Assembly: GCF_024521635.1 (NCBI RefSeq)
Contig: NW_026250436.1
Span: 248,001-312,000 of the forward strand
Reading direction: 5' to 3'
Origin: Tricharina praecox
Taxonomy: Eukaryota
Length of the DNA: 64,000 nt
In this document: piece by piece, positions 25,648-38,105 of the stretch
Numbering within the stretch: position 1 is the first letter of the stretch
Layout of the letters: every line of letters begins with the position of its first letter
Notes under the pieces: model-generated
What the model was told of the DNA's origin: nothing
Seen by the model: only the letters and a program-made list of their open reading frames with translations
The model's database searches: none
Translations under genes and position numbers: made by a program

Positions 25648-27031
25648 TTACTCGATATCTGACAGCTCCTCTCGGGCCTTGGCTCCACCATCCACGGCGA
25701 ATGCTTTGACCGTGGTGTCCTGCTCGTCCCACATTTCGCTGATGGCACCGAGGAGTAGCTTGGGAAGCGTCGACCACTTCTCCTCCGGGTCATCGATATC
25801 TTCGAGTTGTTTCTCTGCAGGTGATAGGCCACCGGGTTAGCAGGGTGAATCCAGAGTGGTATGTATCTGGGTGAATGAGCACGAACCGAGGAGACAGTCC
25901 ACATATTTCCCGATTTGGTCGTGTTCGTCAAGCTCTCTGAGGAACTTTCCAGCCTTGGTGTCGTTTCCGACCTTGGAGAACTGGAACGCGACAGCTAAGA
26001 CGGACGTTAGTATCGAATCGGACGGGCGATGTTGGAAGAGTTATACCGTGGTCTTGCTTCTTCTTTTTGAGCGCCTCCATACACCGGAATATCACTGATG
26101 TCAATGTGTCTTTGCGTTCGCCTTGGATCTAGGAAGAGTCAGTAGTGATTCGTGGACGCATCCACTCTGTCGGTGACATACTTCTCCATCGGTGATCACC
26201 ATGATGAGCAATGGCCGTTCAAGCTTCTTGCCCTTGGCAAAGACGAAGTTGTCTAGAATCTTCTTGACCTGGGAACCGATTCTGAAGGATGAATCAGTAT
26301 TTGTCGGAGGGTATCATGGTGCATGTGTGTAAGTATTAGGTACCTGGTAACTCCCTCCCATGGATGGTCATTGAGGATCGCCGAGTTCTTGACATTTTTC
26401 CTGCCCTGCAGCGCGTTGAGGAACTTGACGGAGACGATACCATCCGGTCTAGCGTGTTGATAGACCTTGCAGATGCTGTCCACGACCATCTTGAGGGTAT
26501 CGATGCGCTTGCCGTCTTCTTCGTCCATCATGGATGCGGAGTCATCTACCGAGCGCAAAGGATTAGCGGATGCGAAATCACCTGATGAAGGCGTTCGTAG
26601 GGCTCTAGTTAGGGCGTACCGATCAATAGCACGAGATCATACATCGAAAGCAGCGACAGCTCCCTCGCCACTTCCTTATCGGGACATTTCTCTTCAGTGA
26701 TCAACTTGTTTGCCATAGCCGTTGCCTTCTCCGCCTCAGCCTTCAGATCGCCCGAGAAGAAAGTAGCAAGACTCGGTTTGGACTTGAGGAAAGTGGTGAG
26801 GCGCCTGCGAATCTCGGGTTCTCCGACGACGAGAACCCTCTCGGCCTCTGGCTCTATCTCATCCGACCCGAACCAGTCGGAAGTGTCACCGTCCTCCGCA
26901 TCGTAATCGATCTCGTCGTCTCTAGGCTGCTCGAAGAAGTCCAGTTGCGGACCTTTGTTGTCGGCATCGAGTGAGAGGGCTCCTGCGTCTGCTGAGAGCG
27001 TATCCTCCAGCTGCGTGTTGCTTTCGGACAT
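25648..27031 (-). CDS. von Willebrand factor A (VWA) domain protein with acidic N-terminus, 6 exons
   Basis: MIDAS motif YDLVLLI|DDSASM, VSVKFLN, GVT|RIG, PLLIMVITDGE, AVAFQFSKVGND, LPKLLLGAI; canonical introns keep the frame. Confidence 0.85.
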
Positions 27032-28382
27032 GGCCGAGTGCTTTTCAGTGAATGCTGGTTGGAGGGGTAGGTATGTAGGTGGGGGAAAGGGATCGATAAC
27101 ACAGTGATGCTGCCGAACGATGAACAAGTGCTGAGCCGTAGCAGTTAAATATCGTCAGAAAGCATTATCCTCATCTCCGGAGCCTCAGTTGCCGTCATCG
27201 CGGTTGACTTTCCAGCTGAGCCCACCACGGGACGACGGGCGGGCGGGCATGCCAACACACCGTGCGTTTGCGTACAATTGCAATCTGTTTCAACTCGACA
27301 TCCGATGGTGTGGAGAGGATATACCCTTCCCCGCACCGAGAATCTGCTTGTCACTCTAGAAGCACAGACCTCATCGCCACGCTGGACCCCTGATTGGCGC
27401 GCATGTCACGACGCAGAGATAGACGCTGCAGGTCGATTCGCCAGAAAAACGGACCAGCAGTGTCGGTCCAATCGCGTGCTGGGTATCGACGATTCAGCTG
27501 CCCAGAGGTCTTTTTTTTGAGGGGTTCGGTCCGTTGCGTGACTGGCGGGGTTGTCCTACGCTCAACCCCCCTCCAACGCCCTGAATGTTACATGCCAATC
27601 ATAACGCCCGAACGAAAGCACGCCTGCTGGTTCAGCCATATATCGGCGATTGTGGATTCGAGGATGCCCGGATCGTCGGAAACACCGTTGATGGTGCACA
27701 TTTGCGATCGTGAGTTATATACGTAGGTGGTGAAGTGTGACCGGCCATGGGAGCGGGGTATGAATGATATACACCTTGCTGCAGTAGCTCGAGTATCGAC
27801 AGCAAACCCCGCCCTACAGATTAGCGCGGATAGCCAGGTGAAACCGAGTTACGAATTTTGAGCCGCGTAACCACTCTATTCATGGCAATGGCTTGGGGGA
27901 AAGTTTTTATCTGATGCGATCTGATATGCGGTGGGGTAAGGTTGGCTGAAGCGGGGCCGAAGTCGGGACTCGGGACCTAATGGAGTTAACCCCGGAGGAG
28001 GAATTGAGTGGTGGGCGATAAGAGGAGCTCCTATATGTACCACGAGAGCTGCAGAAAACAAGCTTCTTTCACCCCACTTCTTATTGGTACATACGACTCC
28101 CACGTACATCGCCATGGAATACCTATCGTGCTTAGTACCACGCATCAGTAGAGCGTGGAGTTTGATCCGTTTACTCAACTTTATTTTGCGGGGTTGGAGG
28201 GCGTGAGGTCAAGCAACATCGGCTCAGCACCTCGGGCTGGCTCCCCACGACTTGTGATAGATGCTTGGCGGCAATAACTTACGATACATTACATTACATT
28301 ACATTAAATTACATTCCCAGATATTCATCCATCGCAAATACAAACGAAATAATAAGACTTTGTACCTCCCCCCAGAATATTC

Positions 28383-30542
28383 TCAAACCATCACAGAGCT
28401 TGCCGATTTGATCAATGAGTCCCGCTGATCACCTTGTGAAACACCTTGTGGGGGTGCAGCAGCCGTACTTCCTCTATCCAGCCCACTCGTAATCGCGAAC
28501 AGATCTTCCTGTCTCTTTCTGTACTCCTCAGCGTGGTAGTCCTGCCTGGACTTGGGCTTCCGGAATGTGGCCGCTGCCTTTATCATGTCCTTGTACTTGT
28601 ATTCCTTGCCGAGAATAACAATTGCTGCCGAGAAAAAGAAGATGGCGGTGATGGGCGCCGCGATCGCCCAGAAAAGTTCCTGCGTGTTGATGTATTTTTT
28701 CGCGTCGTCGAGTGCGAAGTACTGAGTACAACATCTGTTAGTGCCGGTCGTCGTTAGGAGGGACACAAGCGGAAGGGACGGACCGATGAGAAGAAGTTTA
28801 GTGGAAGGAAGAGCGTGGTAACAGCGGTGAACATGGACATGGTTTCGCCTTGCCAGGCTATCTCATCCGCAACTTTCTGCGCTTGGAGGACTGCTTCGTC
28901 CGCACACACGGAGGCGGAAACGAGCTGGGCCAACTGTCCTATCGGTAAGCCAAGTTATGGTAATGCTCAGAGCAAAGGCGGGTACGTACCGAGTCACACG
29001 AAGTCCGCACGGGAACGTATAGATCTTCGATGGCCCTCGATAGCTGCTTGCACTCTCCCATAATCTCGTCGATCATCCACAGGACAATGGGAATTTGTTC
29101 CCCCAGCGTCCGGATCTTGGGAACGTACACAATTTCACTGAATGCCCGTCTGAATCCTGGATGAGGCTTCCACCCCTCCTTGACCGAAGGCGTGCTGTTC
29201 CTTAGGAGTTTCTGGAGCTGTTTCAAGACCCGGACCTGAGTGCCTGCAACTTGAGCGACCACCGAGACATCGCGCATGCCTTTAAACACACCCGACAGAA
29301 TATCCCTCGCGCCTCTTACGCGTTGCGCCTTGTCCGCCTCGCTTGAGCTGCCGAGGATGTCCGATTTTTGTTGCGAAAGTCTCGTGTCCTGAGCCGTATT
29401 TACATTGCTTAGTAAATGGACTCCTAGTAACGATTCATCCGAATTGATTTGGAGCTACTCACAGCGAGGCGTGCTCGGTCTTCGAGGATATCCATGAGGT
29501 CTGCTTCCGACTCGACCAGTCGCGATATCAAGCTCATCAAGGTCTGGAAAGCACCCTGTCTGCTTTGCCCTGGTAGTAGGAGCGGCTCCTTTGGCGTTGA
29601 AGTCTCCTTTTGTCTGAAAATGGCAAGTGTGTCTGAAGAACCATCTGATGAGTATCGGTGTAAAACTAGGATTGTATGCACCCTACGTACTGTCGTCAAT
29701 CACAACGAAATATGCCTGCCGCTTTTCGAGCATGATATTTCCTTCGGCGCCATCCTTTTCGTTCGTCGGCCTGGACAGCGTTTCCATGTGGAGGTACGGC
29801 ATCGAAACCAATACCACAGACTGATCTTTTGTTTCCTCCTCATTGAATCGTCCGGTAGAAAGGACACCATTGAACTTGCTTTCAGGCCAAGGATCGGGAA
29901 GTGAAATCGAGGGATACTGAAGATACTCCATCACGAATTCTTCTAAAAATTCCTGCCGCGGGGATTAGCCACCGAGGAAAATGTATCTAGCGGCACGTAT
30001 GTATGTACCTTGACATTCGATTTGGTCGTATCCGCATCTTTACCCGTGAATTCTCTATACTTTCCGTTATTTGGACGTTACATCGGAGCGAATTGGCCAT
30101 CAGGGTGTACCTACAGGATGCGCTGGTACTCGCCCTGTGGGTGAAGAAAATCCGTCTTCACCGTGGACAGCTCTCCGCGAGCTGGTTGTTTTTCTGACTC
30201 GATCCTGTCCGCGCCGTCGGCATCGCTCAGTGTTTTCCGAAGGTCTCTCAGTGTTGAAAAGACCTCATAGGTTGATGAGCTATGGCGATGGGTCGCAGGC
30301 GGATCTACCGCCATCACCGAACCCTCCGATTCCTCGCCTTTGTAGTTTCTATCGTACCAATCTGGCTGCTCATGCTGAACCTCCACGTATCGCTCCTGCT
30401 TGCCGGTGAAGTATAGGTACGAGATCAGAGCAGTGTCGTTGGTCGCCGGGTGGACGAAGTTGGCACCAAGACCGTTCTCGCTTAGAACGAAGTCGTCACC
30501 CTTCTGATGAAATTTGTGAAGCTTTCCAGTACTGGACGTCAT
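28383..30542 (-). CDS. Fungal CorA-like protein with C-terminal two-TM module, multi-exon
   Basis: C-terminus QGETMSMFTAVTTLFLPLNFFSS|YFALD...FWAIAAPITAIFF matches the CorA TM1-loop-TM2 layout. Upstream exons (LVSMPYLH, IDD|NTLAIFR) join through GT-AG introns. The start is less certain. Confidence 0.7.
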
Positions 30543-31201
30543 CGTGCGATGCTGTTGGATTATCGATATCGAAAACTCAGCTATGCTCGTAGTCTGGGTC
30601 CTCAAATAGAAGCCCTCCTGGAGTGGAGTACCTATTTAATTGTCCAGAAGCACACAGGCAGCAGTGGCTAATCCCGAGGCGAATCCACTCGGCGAAGCAC
30701 GGAGGCCGGCCATGCATGCAATCTGCACAACAGGGCGAAGCAGAACCGAGACAGTACTGCATATGCCTACGGGTCAGTTGTGCCTTCAACGCCATTGGAT
30801 GATGCTCGTAGACCGAGTTTTTTACTCATCTGACGATCGTCCATCTTTGGGGGTTCTCCGGTGCAACGGGGGTTCCTCTGAGACAGAACAACTCATCCAA
30901 CCAGATAAATTTGCAGGCGAGATGTCTCGGTCTTATGTATGATGTATCAACCCATCACCAAGAAGCGGGCTGCAACTTGCAGCTGCATAAGTCATTAACC
31001 TATTCGCGGTGACAAGGGAGTGGATCTTCATGCGAGACATTTTGCTGCCATTGAGCATCCCGAAATGGAAATTAAATATTACATAAGTGAGTGCATCTTT
31101 GAGGTGATTGATCACTTAACTAGCCTTCACGGAATGTCTGGATGAACCGATACTTGATGATCAAGTTGGCACACTCTTTGATAAATTCGAGCTATGGAAA
31201 T

Positions 31202-32099
31202 CTAAGTCCGATAAACCTTCGACACAAGGCGGTTCTCGTCATGCTTCTCCCTCTCCTCTTTCTCCGCCCAGGCCTTGAAGGTCCGGCTGAGCCCAAACCC
31301 AAGCTTCACGTAGAAACGTTCGCACCAAGCCCAAAACATCAACGGCCCCAACAGCAGTGGCAGTGTCCATCCACCGCCCGCAATCCGCAGTATATCAGCA
31401 CCAAAGTGGTAGAGATACAACGCAACCATCCCCCACTGCGCGACACGGGCGGCCAGGTGGCCAAACGCGCACATCCTCATCGCCGCCGCGCACCGAGGCC
31501 GAGGGGGCGCAAGCCGGTACACGAGCCATAGGAGCTCGCCCAGAGTGTCGCCGATGACGATTCCGGGGAACGAAGAAGGGGGTGAAGAATTCCGTGAGGA
31601 CGACGTGTCCGCGCTGCTTGGCCAGCGTACGAGTCGCCAGAACCACGAGGAGGGAAACGAAGTGGTGGATGAAGTACGGCAGCGAGGCCTGGTGGTGGGA
31701 AATGTCAAAGATGTACATGCTGGCGTACACCGCGAGGAGGCAGTCGAGTTGCTGTGTGCGTTCGATCGTCCAGGGATAGAGCTTTCCTGATCCACGGTCC
31801 AGATGTCCGCTGAAGAGCGCTCTCAGGTAAACGCCAAAGAAAGGGGCGGTGAAGTATGCGATGAGGGGCTTCATCAGCAATGCGCACGGTTGCGCATTGA
31901 TTCGGCGTTTGATCTCTGGACATAAAGTGTGGTATCTATGATGCTTCGGCAGGCGTCGCTCGAGGATATGGCGGATAGCATGGGAGAACAACAGTTGCAG
32001 GAGGGATGTCGTGACGATGATGTACAACGGCGTGGAGCGCAGTGAGTATGGCGCAGCCGTGAACGAGGCTGGACATTGACGGACGCATGCGAGATCCAT
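31202..32099 (-). pseudogene. TLC (TRAM/LAG1/CLN8)-like membrane protein split by a 1-nt frameshift
   Basis: Frame 1 carries VYASMYIFDI..LPYFIHH to EFFTPFFVP; hydrophobic sequence continues in another frame as GIVIGDTLGELLWLVYRL. The junction is a C4 run (31565-31568) with no intron. Could be a sequencing error. Confidence 0.6.
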
Positions 32100-32595
32100 G
32101 TGAATACGAATTGGCGGTGAGGTGGTTGGGAGATCATGATAAGGCTGGAACGAAGCTTGAGACGGACAACTATTTGAGATGTGGTGCATTGAATACAACT
32201 CCATGTATCTGCCTTTTAAAGATGCTTTCGAAAGCGTTCATTGCTTTCAATCGACCTAGACCCGAGTATAGTATATACTGGTATTCTGGCTAGCTGTAAT
32301 GTAGGCCTGTTGCGTCGACCGCTATCTGATAACAATGTGAAAACATGTTATCTTATCCATCTTCATCGCTCTTCTCGGGAACCGGCAAACCACACCAAAC
32401 TTCTCTCAAGGTTGGGACCCGTTCCAAAAATGCACGCTAGTCTGACGAGACTAGCCGATTCAGCGTAGCGACGTAACTCGCTTGGGTTCTCTCCGACAAG
32501 AATACCAAGTAGCTTGAGAACGTCTTCCCCTCTCTCCTCTTCGCTCCGCGAAGACTACCCACCACTGCAGATACGCCCCGTCCAACTGCTTTACT

Positions 32596-34382
32596 ATGGC
32601 CCTCACTGCCCTTCCCTTCGAGATCGAGTCTCACATATTCGATGGCATGTGGCTCGGCGACCTTCACTCTTTGTCGCTGGCTTGTCATCGACTGCATGCT
32701 GCGGTAAACCCGCGGCTTTGGGCTGACCTCAATTTCGTGGTATCCCATAATGAATGGACTTTGGACGATTATGTGCGCTACGGACCTATTTTCAAGACTC
32801 CTGAGCCGATACTGTCTAAACGCGACCTCGTGACTTGCATCAGCGCTCACGACCGGGCCTTTCGGTTCTGGAGAGCTGCAGCTATTGTGCGGGATGAGAC
32901 GTGGGCTCTTGTCAAGTCGCTCAAGGCTGATACCTGCGTTCTGGACGGTTCTCTGATCTTTTATGAACTGCCTAGGGAGCCAGGCTATATTCAGAATTAC
33001 GAGTTTCCGTTACATGAGGGCCAGTTTGCGAGGCGAATTGCGCGTATACTCGACGCGGGGAAGTTGCTTTCGTTGCGGAGAGCCGAGATTGAATTATCAG
33101 GAAGCGATATGGGCTGTATGACACACTCCAAAAAACAACATGGCTTGCCAGCGTTCTCGCTGATAATTTCGCAGGTGGTGTTTTCAACTTCCCAGCGTTG
33201 CAGAACTTCTGCCGCAGCTTGGGTCGTCACGCAGGCTACTATGCGAATTCCTTCGAAGTGGTCATTGTTGCCCATTCACTCTCCTTTCTCGAGAGTTTCG
33301 CGGCTGGATCGCCACTGGCTATGCGGACCGTGCGTATTTTGAAGGTAAACATCCTGGAGTGGAGCGAGCACATCGATAGACTTCGGCGACTGCTCTCGGA
33401 TGCTCCGAAACTCGAATCATTATCAATTGGCGCGGCCACAGGCGTGGTTCGCGACCCAACATACAATACTAGTTTTTCGGAAGATACGGATAACGAGGAT
33501 GGACGTTATATCTCGGACTCCCTCCAGGACGCTATTGCGGCATTGCCGTCCCTGCAGATTTTCGCCGGGAACATCGAATGCGGCCTCCGTCAACTCCATT
33601 CGGACTGCTTTCCCCATCACCTGCGGTGCAACTGGGCGCCCGCCACACTGAAAAGATTGTTCATTGATGCGAACGGTCTCCGTAGCCGGCATTATGGTAT
33701 CTTCTGGCGCAACTTTGCTTCGCTGAGATTACCTGGACTTGATCTTTTGACGATCATAAGCGGTCGTCGCGAGGTCCACACACGGGTAGACGAAGTCTTT
33801 TTTCACGATCTCAAAATCCTACAGCTTGAGGTGGACCGCGAAACACCAGTCGGACTCGCGGAAGCTATATTCCGTGCGAACCCAGGGCTCGTGCACATAA
33901 ACACCTCCATTTATTCCGAAGAGGCGATTGCAGTGCTTGTGGACAACAATAGGCGGAAGCCAACGCTGAGGACTTTTAGGGCGCCGTCGAGCCACGGCAC
34001 CCGTCTGAGCGGCTTTGATTTTGCAGGAATCGAACGCCTCGCAGAAGCTGCCGCCACAACCCTGCGGATCCTTCAGATACCCCTTGAACCGGTGGCGCTT
34101 TTGACCGAGGCATTCGTTAGGTCAGTGATCATATCTGCCGAGATGTTGGAGGTCTTCCTAGTGTATCTCGGTGGGACCCAAGGTGCCAACTATTCGTCCG
34201 GCGATCCTTCCAAGCCGACTCCCGGAGACCCCAGCCTGTCGCGGTATATACAGAGAAGGCGTACAAACAAGGGCACCGACGGAGTCCTCGATTGGAAGGG
34301 CTACATGATTGTTTCTGCTGCTATCGGTGCGTTTTCCATCGACGTCGACGCATTTCGGCGAGACTGCGGGGCCAGCACCTAG
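32596..34382 (+). CDS. F-box protein with LRR-like C-terminal region, 2 exons
   Basis: N-terminal LTALPFEIESHIFDGMWLGDLHSLSLACHRLHAAVNPRLW. Intron 33116-33174 (GTATGA..CTGAT..CAG) joins the two ORFs in frame. LxxLxI repeats downstream. Confidence 0.85.
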
Positions 34383-35259
34383 ATGCGCAGTGTAGGATTT
34401 GGCTGTTTGGGCCGTGATGCGGTATTCTGTCTGTTCTAGCATGTGTGGGAGGACTAGTTCGTTTGGGGATACGGGGTGGATGCAACAGTGGTGTCCGTGA
34501 ATCGAGCGAAAGAGGTCACTTGCCATACCGCCTGGTACAATCGCGGATGGCATGCCGTGATGTCGCCACGTTATCACCAATAGAGCCAGCCTAACCATCC
34601 CTTCGCCTCCGCTTCGCCTTCTTGCCTCCCCTTCTCTTTTCCATTTACGCTTTCGCCTATGCCTTTGCCTTCTCCCGAGTCGCCCAATCGTCTGTAGCCA
34701 ACCCCATTGCGTCTCGTCCAGATCTGAGCGTATGAACACCAATTCGCTTAGCGTAACTGCCGTCAATGACTCCCTTACCAAGCAAATTTCCCATTATGTA
34801 TATATGAATGATGACAACCGCAACCAGAACCAGCGGAGCTCAAGCTTCAGCGGGTCGATCGATATCGTCACATGACTTTGACGGAAACTCGTGGACGACA
34901 CCCAGTCACGTGTAGAATACAGGTCGATGGGCAATGGCTAGGGGGGGCTGTAGGAAGTTGGAACATAACTACTACCAACGTGTAAATGTTTCATTCGCTG
35001 ATCGTGTGGATGCTGCCAATGGTCTGTGCGACATATAGTACCATCTCGGGGGCATTTGATCGTGTTCGTTCTCACTCGGATCCCGGAGGTGGCTGGGGAA
35101 GATGCAGCGGGTGTAGTGTCCGAACGGGAGCCTAGGAAACGGAAGGAGACGGGGGGAGATGAGGCGGGAGGAGGAGGAGGCGTTGTTGTTGTTGTCCATC
35201 CATCGTGGGGCACCCACCACTTCGTAGTTTTCGAATTCATATCTCCAGCACGGAAAAAA

Positions 35260-35398
35260 CCCCGCGTGGTCTAGTGGTTTAGACCACGCAGTCGGCGAGG
35301 GGAGCTGAGGGAAAGGGAAAGGTTCAACCCAGGTGAAAGACCTTTCTATTCAGCTCTTGGGGTTTCCAAGCCACCCGCCGGTGGTGGTTGCGGTTTTT
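35260..35398 (+). ncRNA. Candidate RNA polymerase III-type structured RNA or tRNA-derived SINE-like element
   Basis: A-box-like TGGTCTAGTGG (35267-35277), B-box-like GGTTCAACCC (35321-35330), several perfect stems and T5 runs from 35394. Not a canonical tRNA. Confidence 0.45.
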
Positions 35399-35441
35399 GT
35401 TTTTGTTTTTGTTTGGGGTATGACGGGTGGTGCACTGGATA

Positions 35442-35588
35442 TCACTCGATAGCGTCACTGCGGGATCAGTTCACACTCTATTATTTCAATGCTATCGCTT
35501 CCTCCTCGAGAGTACTATCATACTTTTCGTAATGGAAGGAGATGTGGCGGAGACGTTCGCTGATTTCGGCGGTGAGACGTTCCGACAT
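35442..35588 (-). CDS. Putative 26-aa spliced microprotein or uORF
   Basis: CCGCA-ATG-TCG context after a pyrimidine-rich leader; intron 35523-35458 (GTATGA..ACTGAT..CAG); product MSERLTAEISERLRHISFHYENDAIE*. Confidence 0.3.
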
Positions 35589-38105
35589 TGCGGCGGTCTG
35601 GGAGGTGATGGGAGATATGGGGATGCGGTGTCACGGGACTTGGGAGGGGAGTGAAGTACTAATGATAGATAGAGTCAGATACACGATATATCCGCATGAG
35701 AATGGGGGCATTGGGTTGTGGTAGGTATAGCCTGGAAACCTGGAGCGGTTGCAAGCGGAGTACTATCGGCCAACTCCGAGCGGCGAACTGAAGGGACTGT
35801 AGCTGCAGTTGTGTCTGCCGACCAGAGGGTGAGGTGAGGGGGCACACTGTCTCAAGGAAGATCAGCTCGTCGAGACTGCGATAGAGCGTAATCTCAAAAG
35901 CGACATTCGGCAGAGCCACGTAGGAAATACCTACATTCGGGAATTCCGGAGCGGCGGCGACCGGTTGCCCAAGACCAAGCCAAGGGTACGCCGGAAAATG
36001 ATGTACCTGCATAGATTGTAGATTTTCCTGAGTAGGCGGTCGGTTTCAACTCCATCCGACATGGCTTAACTACAGCTGTGGCTGCTGGGGTGCACAGATA
36101 GTAGCTACTGTTGAGTGCCTGAGATCTCGGTTCACCGCGCATACGGAATCCGGACCCCCGAAGAGATGCCGGGCATCAGTCCGAGGATTTTCGATGGTAT
36201 CAGGGCCAGGGATGCCAGATTACCACAGAGTCCGAAGGACCGAAGCCTGACGGTAAACGGTCATGTAAAGTTGTAAATGCTTGGCTGTCAATATACATGG
36301 CGAGCGCCACCTACAACTGACCATGAGGCTGAGGGGGGGGGGGGGGGGGTAGGTGGCTAGGTGGAGTGATCTATGTAAGGGTGAATTAACCAAGGGATCG
36401 AGTGGAGAGAGGTGGGTTATGGAGGAATTGAACGGCCAGTCGCCGGTACACCAGCCATCACCAGCCACCACCAGCCACTACCGGCGAAATAGTTCCCATC
36501 ATAACTTTGCTTGTCGGCCACATCACGTGACAATACGCGGCAGGAGAGGACGGTGATATCACCGGTGGTATGTATCCTTAATTCTGGACACTGGAATCGG
36601 GAATATATGCACTAAGGCAGTGGCGATACAGGATGCACACAACTGTAGCAGCTTGATCGGAAAGAAATCTCCTGGTTTCCAGGATCCATGGACTGTTTTT
36701 GCCTCTCCTGTACGATAGCGATTCTGTCGTATCCATGCTGGAGTTGCTGGTCGTCTAAGGCCTCGTTCAGGAATCAGGACTGTCGAATTGGTGACGCGCG
36801 CTCATTCGACTTCGCGGCTGAATATTCTTGCGAGGGTGCGTTGCATTGATGCGATCACCCCATCGCTTAGTCTCGGCCATCAAGGGGGCTCCTCTGGCAG
36901 CAAGAGCTGTCGGGACCGCCGTCAAAATGTGGCTCGGACTCTCGGGAGCAGCCGTCGTACAAGCACGAGTCCGGCCTATACCGTACCATAAATGCTCTAC
37001 ACCGGTACATCGTTTATGTAACTGCTAGAGTCTCCTGGCGTGTAGCGACTTCGCTCGTCCAGCACTAACTTTCATACCTTCTTCCTTAGCCACCAGTCAT
37101 CCTCAACGCCGACTTTTATGCAGCCGCAACTCGCCTCTCGCTTCCCCTACCCACTAGGGAGTTAGCGCACTCTCGCAGTCTGGGCGTCCCCTCACGTCGG
37201 TGTCTCCTGTCGGACGATCCCCTACCGGAAACGAATGCCCAACGCTGATTGGGTCGATCTTCAGAGAGCACTGGCCGTCAATTCCTCGCGCACTTATGCT
37301 TATCTCGACCGCAAATTCTTCGTGAACTTCTACTTGGGTACTACAATAGCCACCTGTTTGGATTACACCGGGCACGAGCACGAGAGAAGGTTTCCAGTCG
37401 GCCACGCCATTCGGAGCATCGATGGCTCTTTTTCGCGCAGGTGCAATTGAAGGCCGCGTCTTCGTCGGATAATCGTACTCAGGTGTCGCAGGTGTTGCAG
37501 GTGCAGTCTTCTTCACCAGGCAGCTACATAACTATCATTTCGGTGGAATGTTGGGCCGCGCCTCAACTTCCAAGACTCTGGCGAGACCGCTGTAGCTGGA
37601 CTGGTGTGAAGGCGTAGCTGGACTCGTTGGTTACCACTTCTTCGACGATCTGGGCTCCATCACCCTCGTGAAGCCTGCCTACTTACCTACTCATCGTTGC
37701 CCTTGGCACGGCGATTGAGTCGAACTGACTCACACCAACTTTGTGGAGGAACGTGCTCCTGCGCGACCTTCGCTTCCGATAGGTTGGCGCAGACGCACCT
37801 CGTATTTCGAGTGGGATTAGGGAGACGCAACTGCGAATGCGTACGTACAAAAAGAAAAGAAAGCAAAAAACTTACGGTTTGTGTGAATGCATGTGTTTGG
37901 AGGCGTGCGCGCTGAGAACTCATAAAGAACGCGTCTTCCCGAACTCTGAAAGTGACAAGCGCGCTAGCTACCGATCTCCCGTCACCCCCCCACCCTTCAC
38001 ATCCATCAGGACAACCATCCGCTGCATAGACTGAGGCCTACGGCAAGGGTATTCGCACTCACGGCCACCTCTACCGAAGAAAATAAACATCGTCGCTGCC
38101 CGGAT

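Noticed and set aside
36828..37450. ATG 37118 frame with in-frame TAG at 37163 (possible A-to-I stop correction) and an intron-like stretch at 37005-37089
   Set aside because: No family motif shows that Trp is expected there, and coding-like pieces lie in different frames, which fits a decayed gene equally well.
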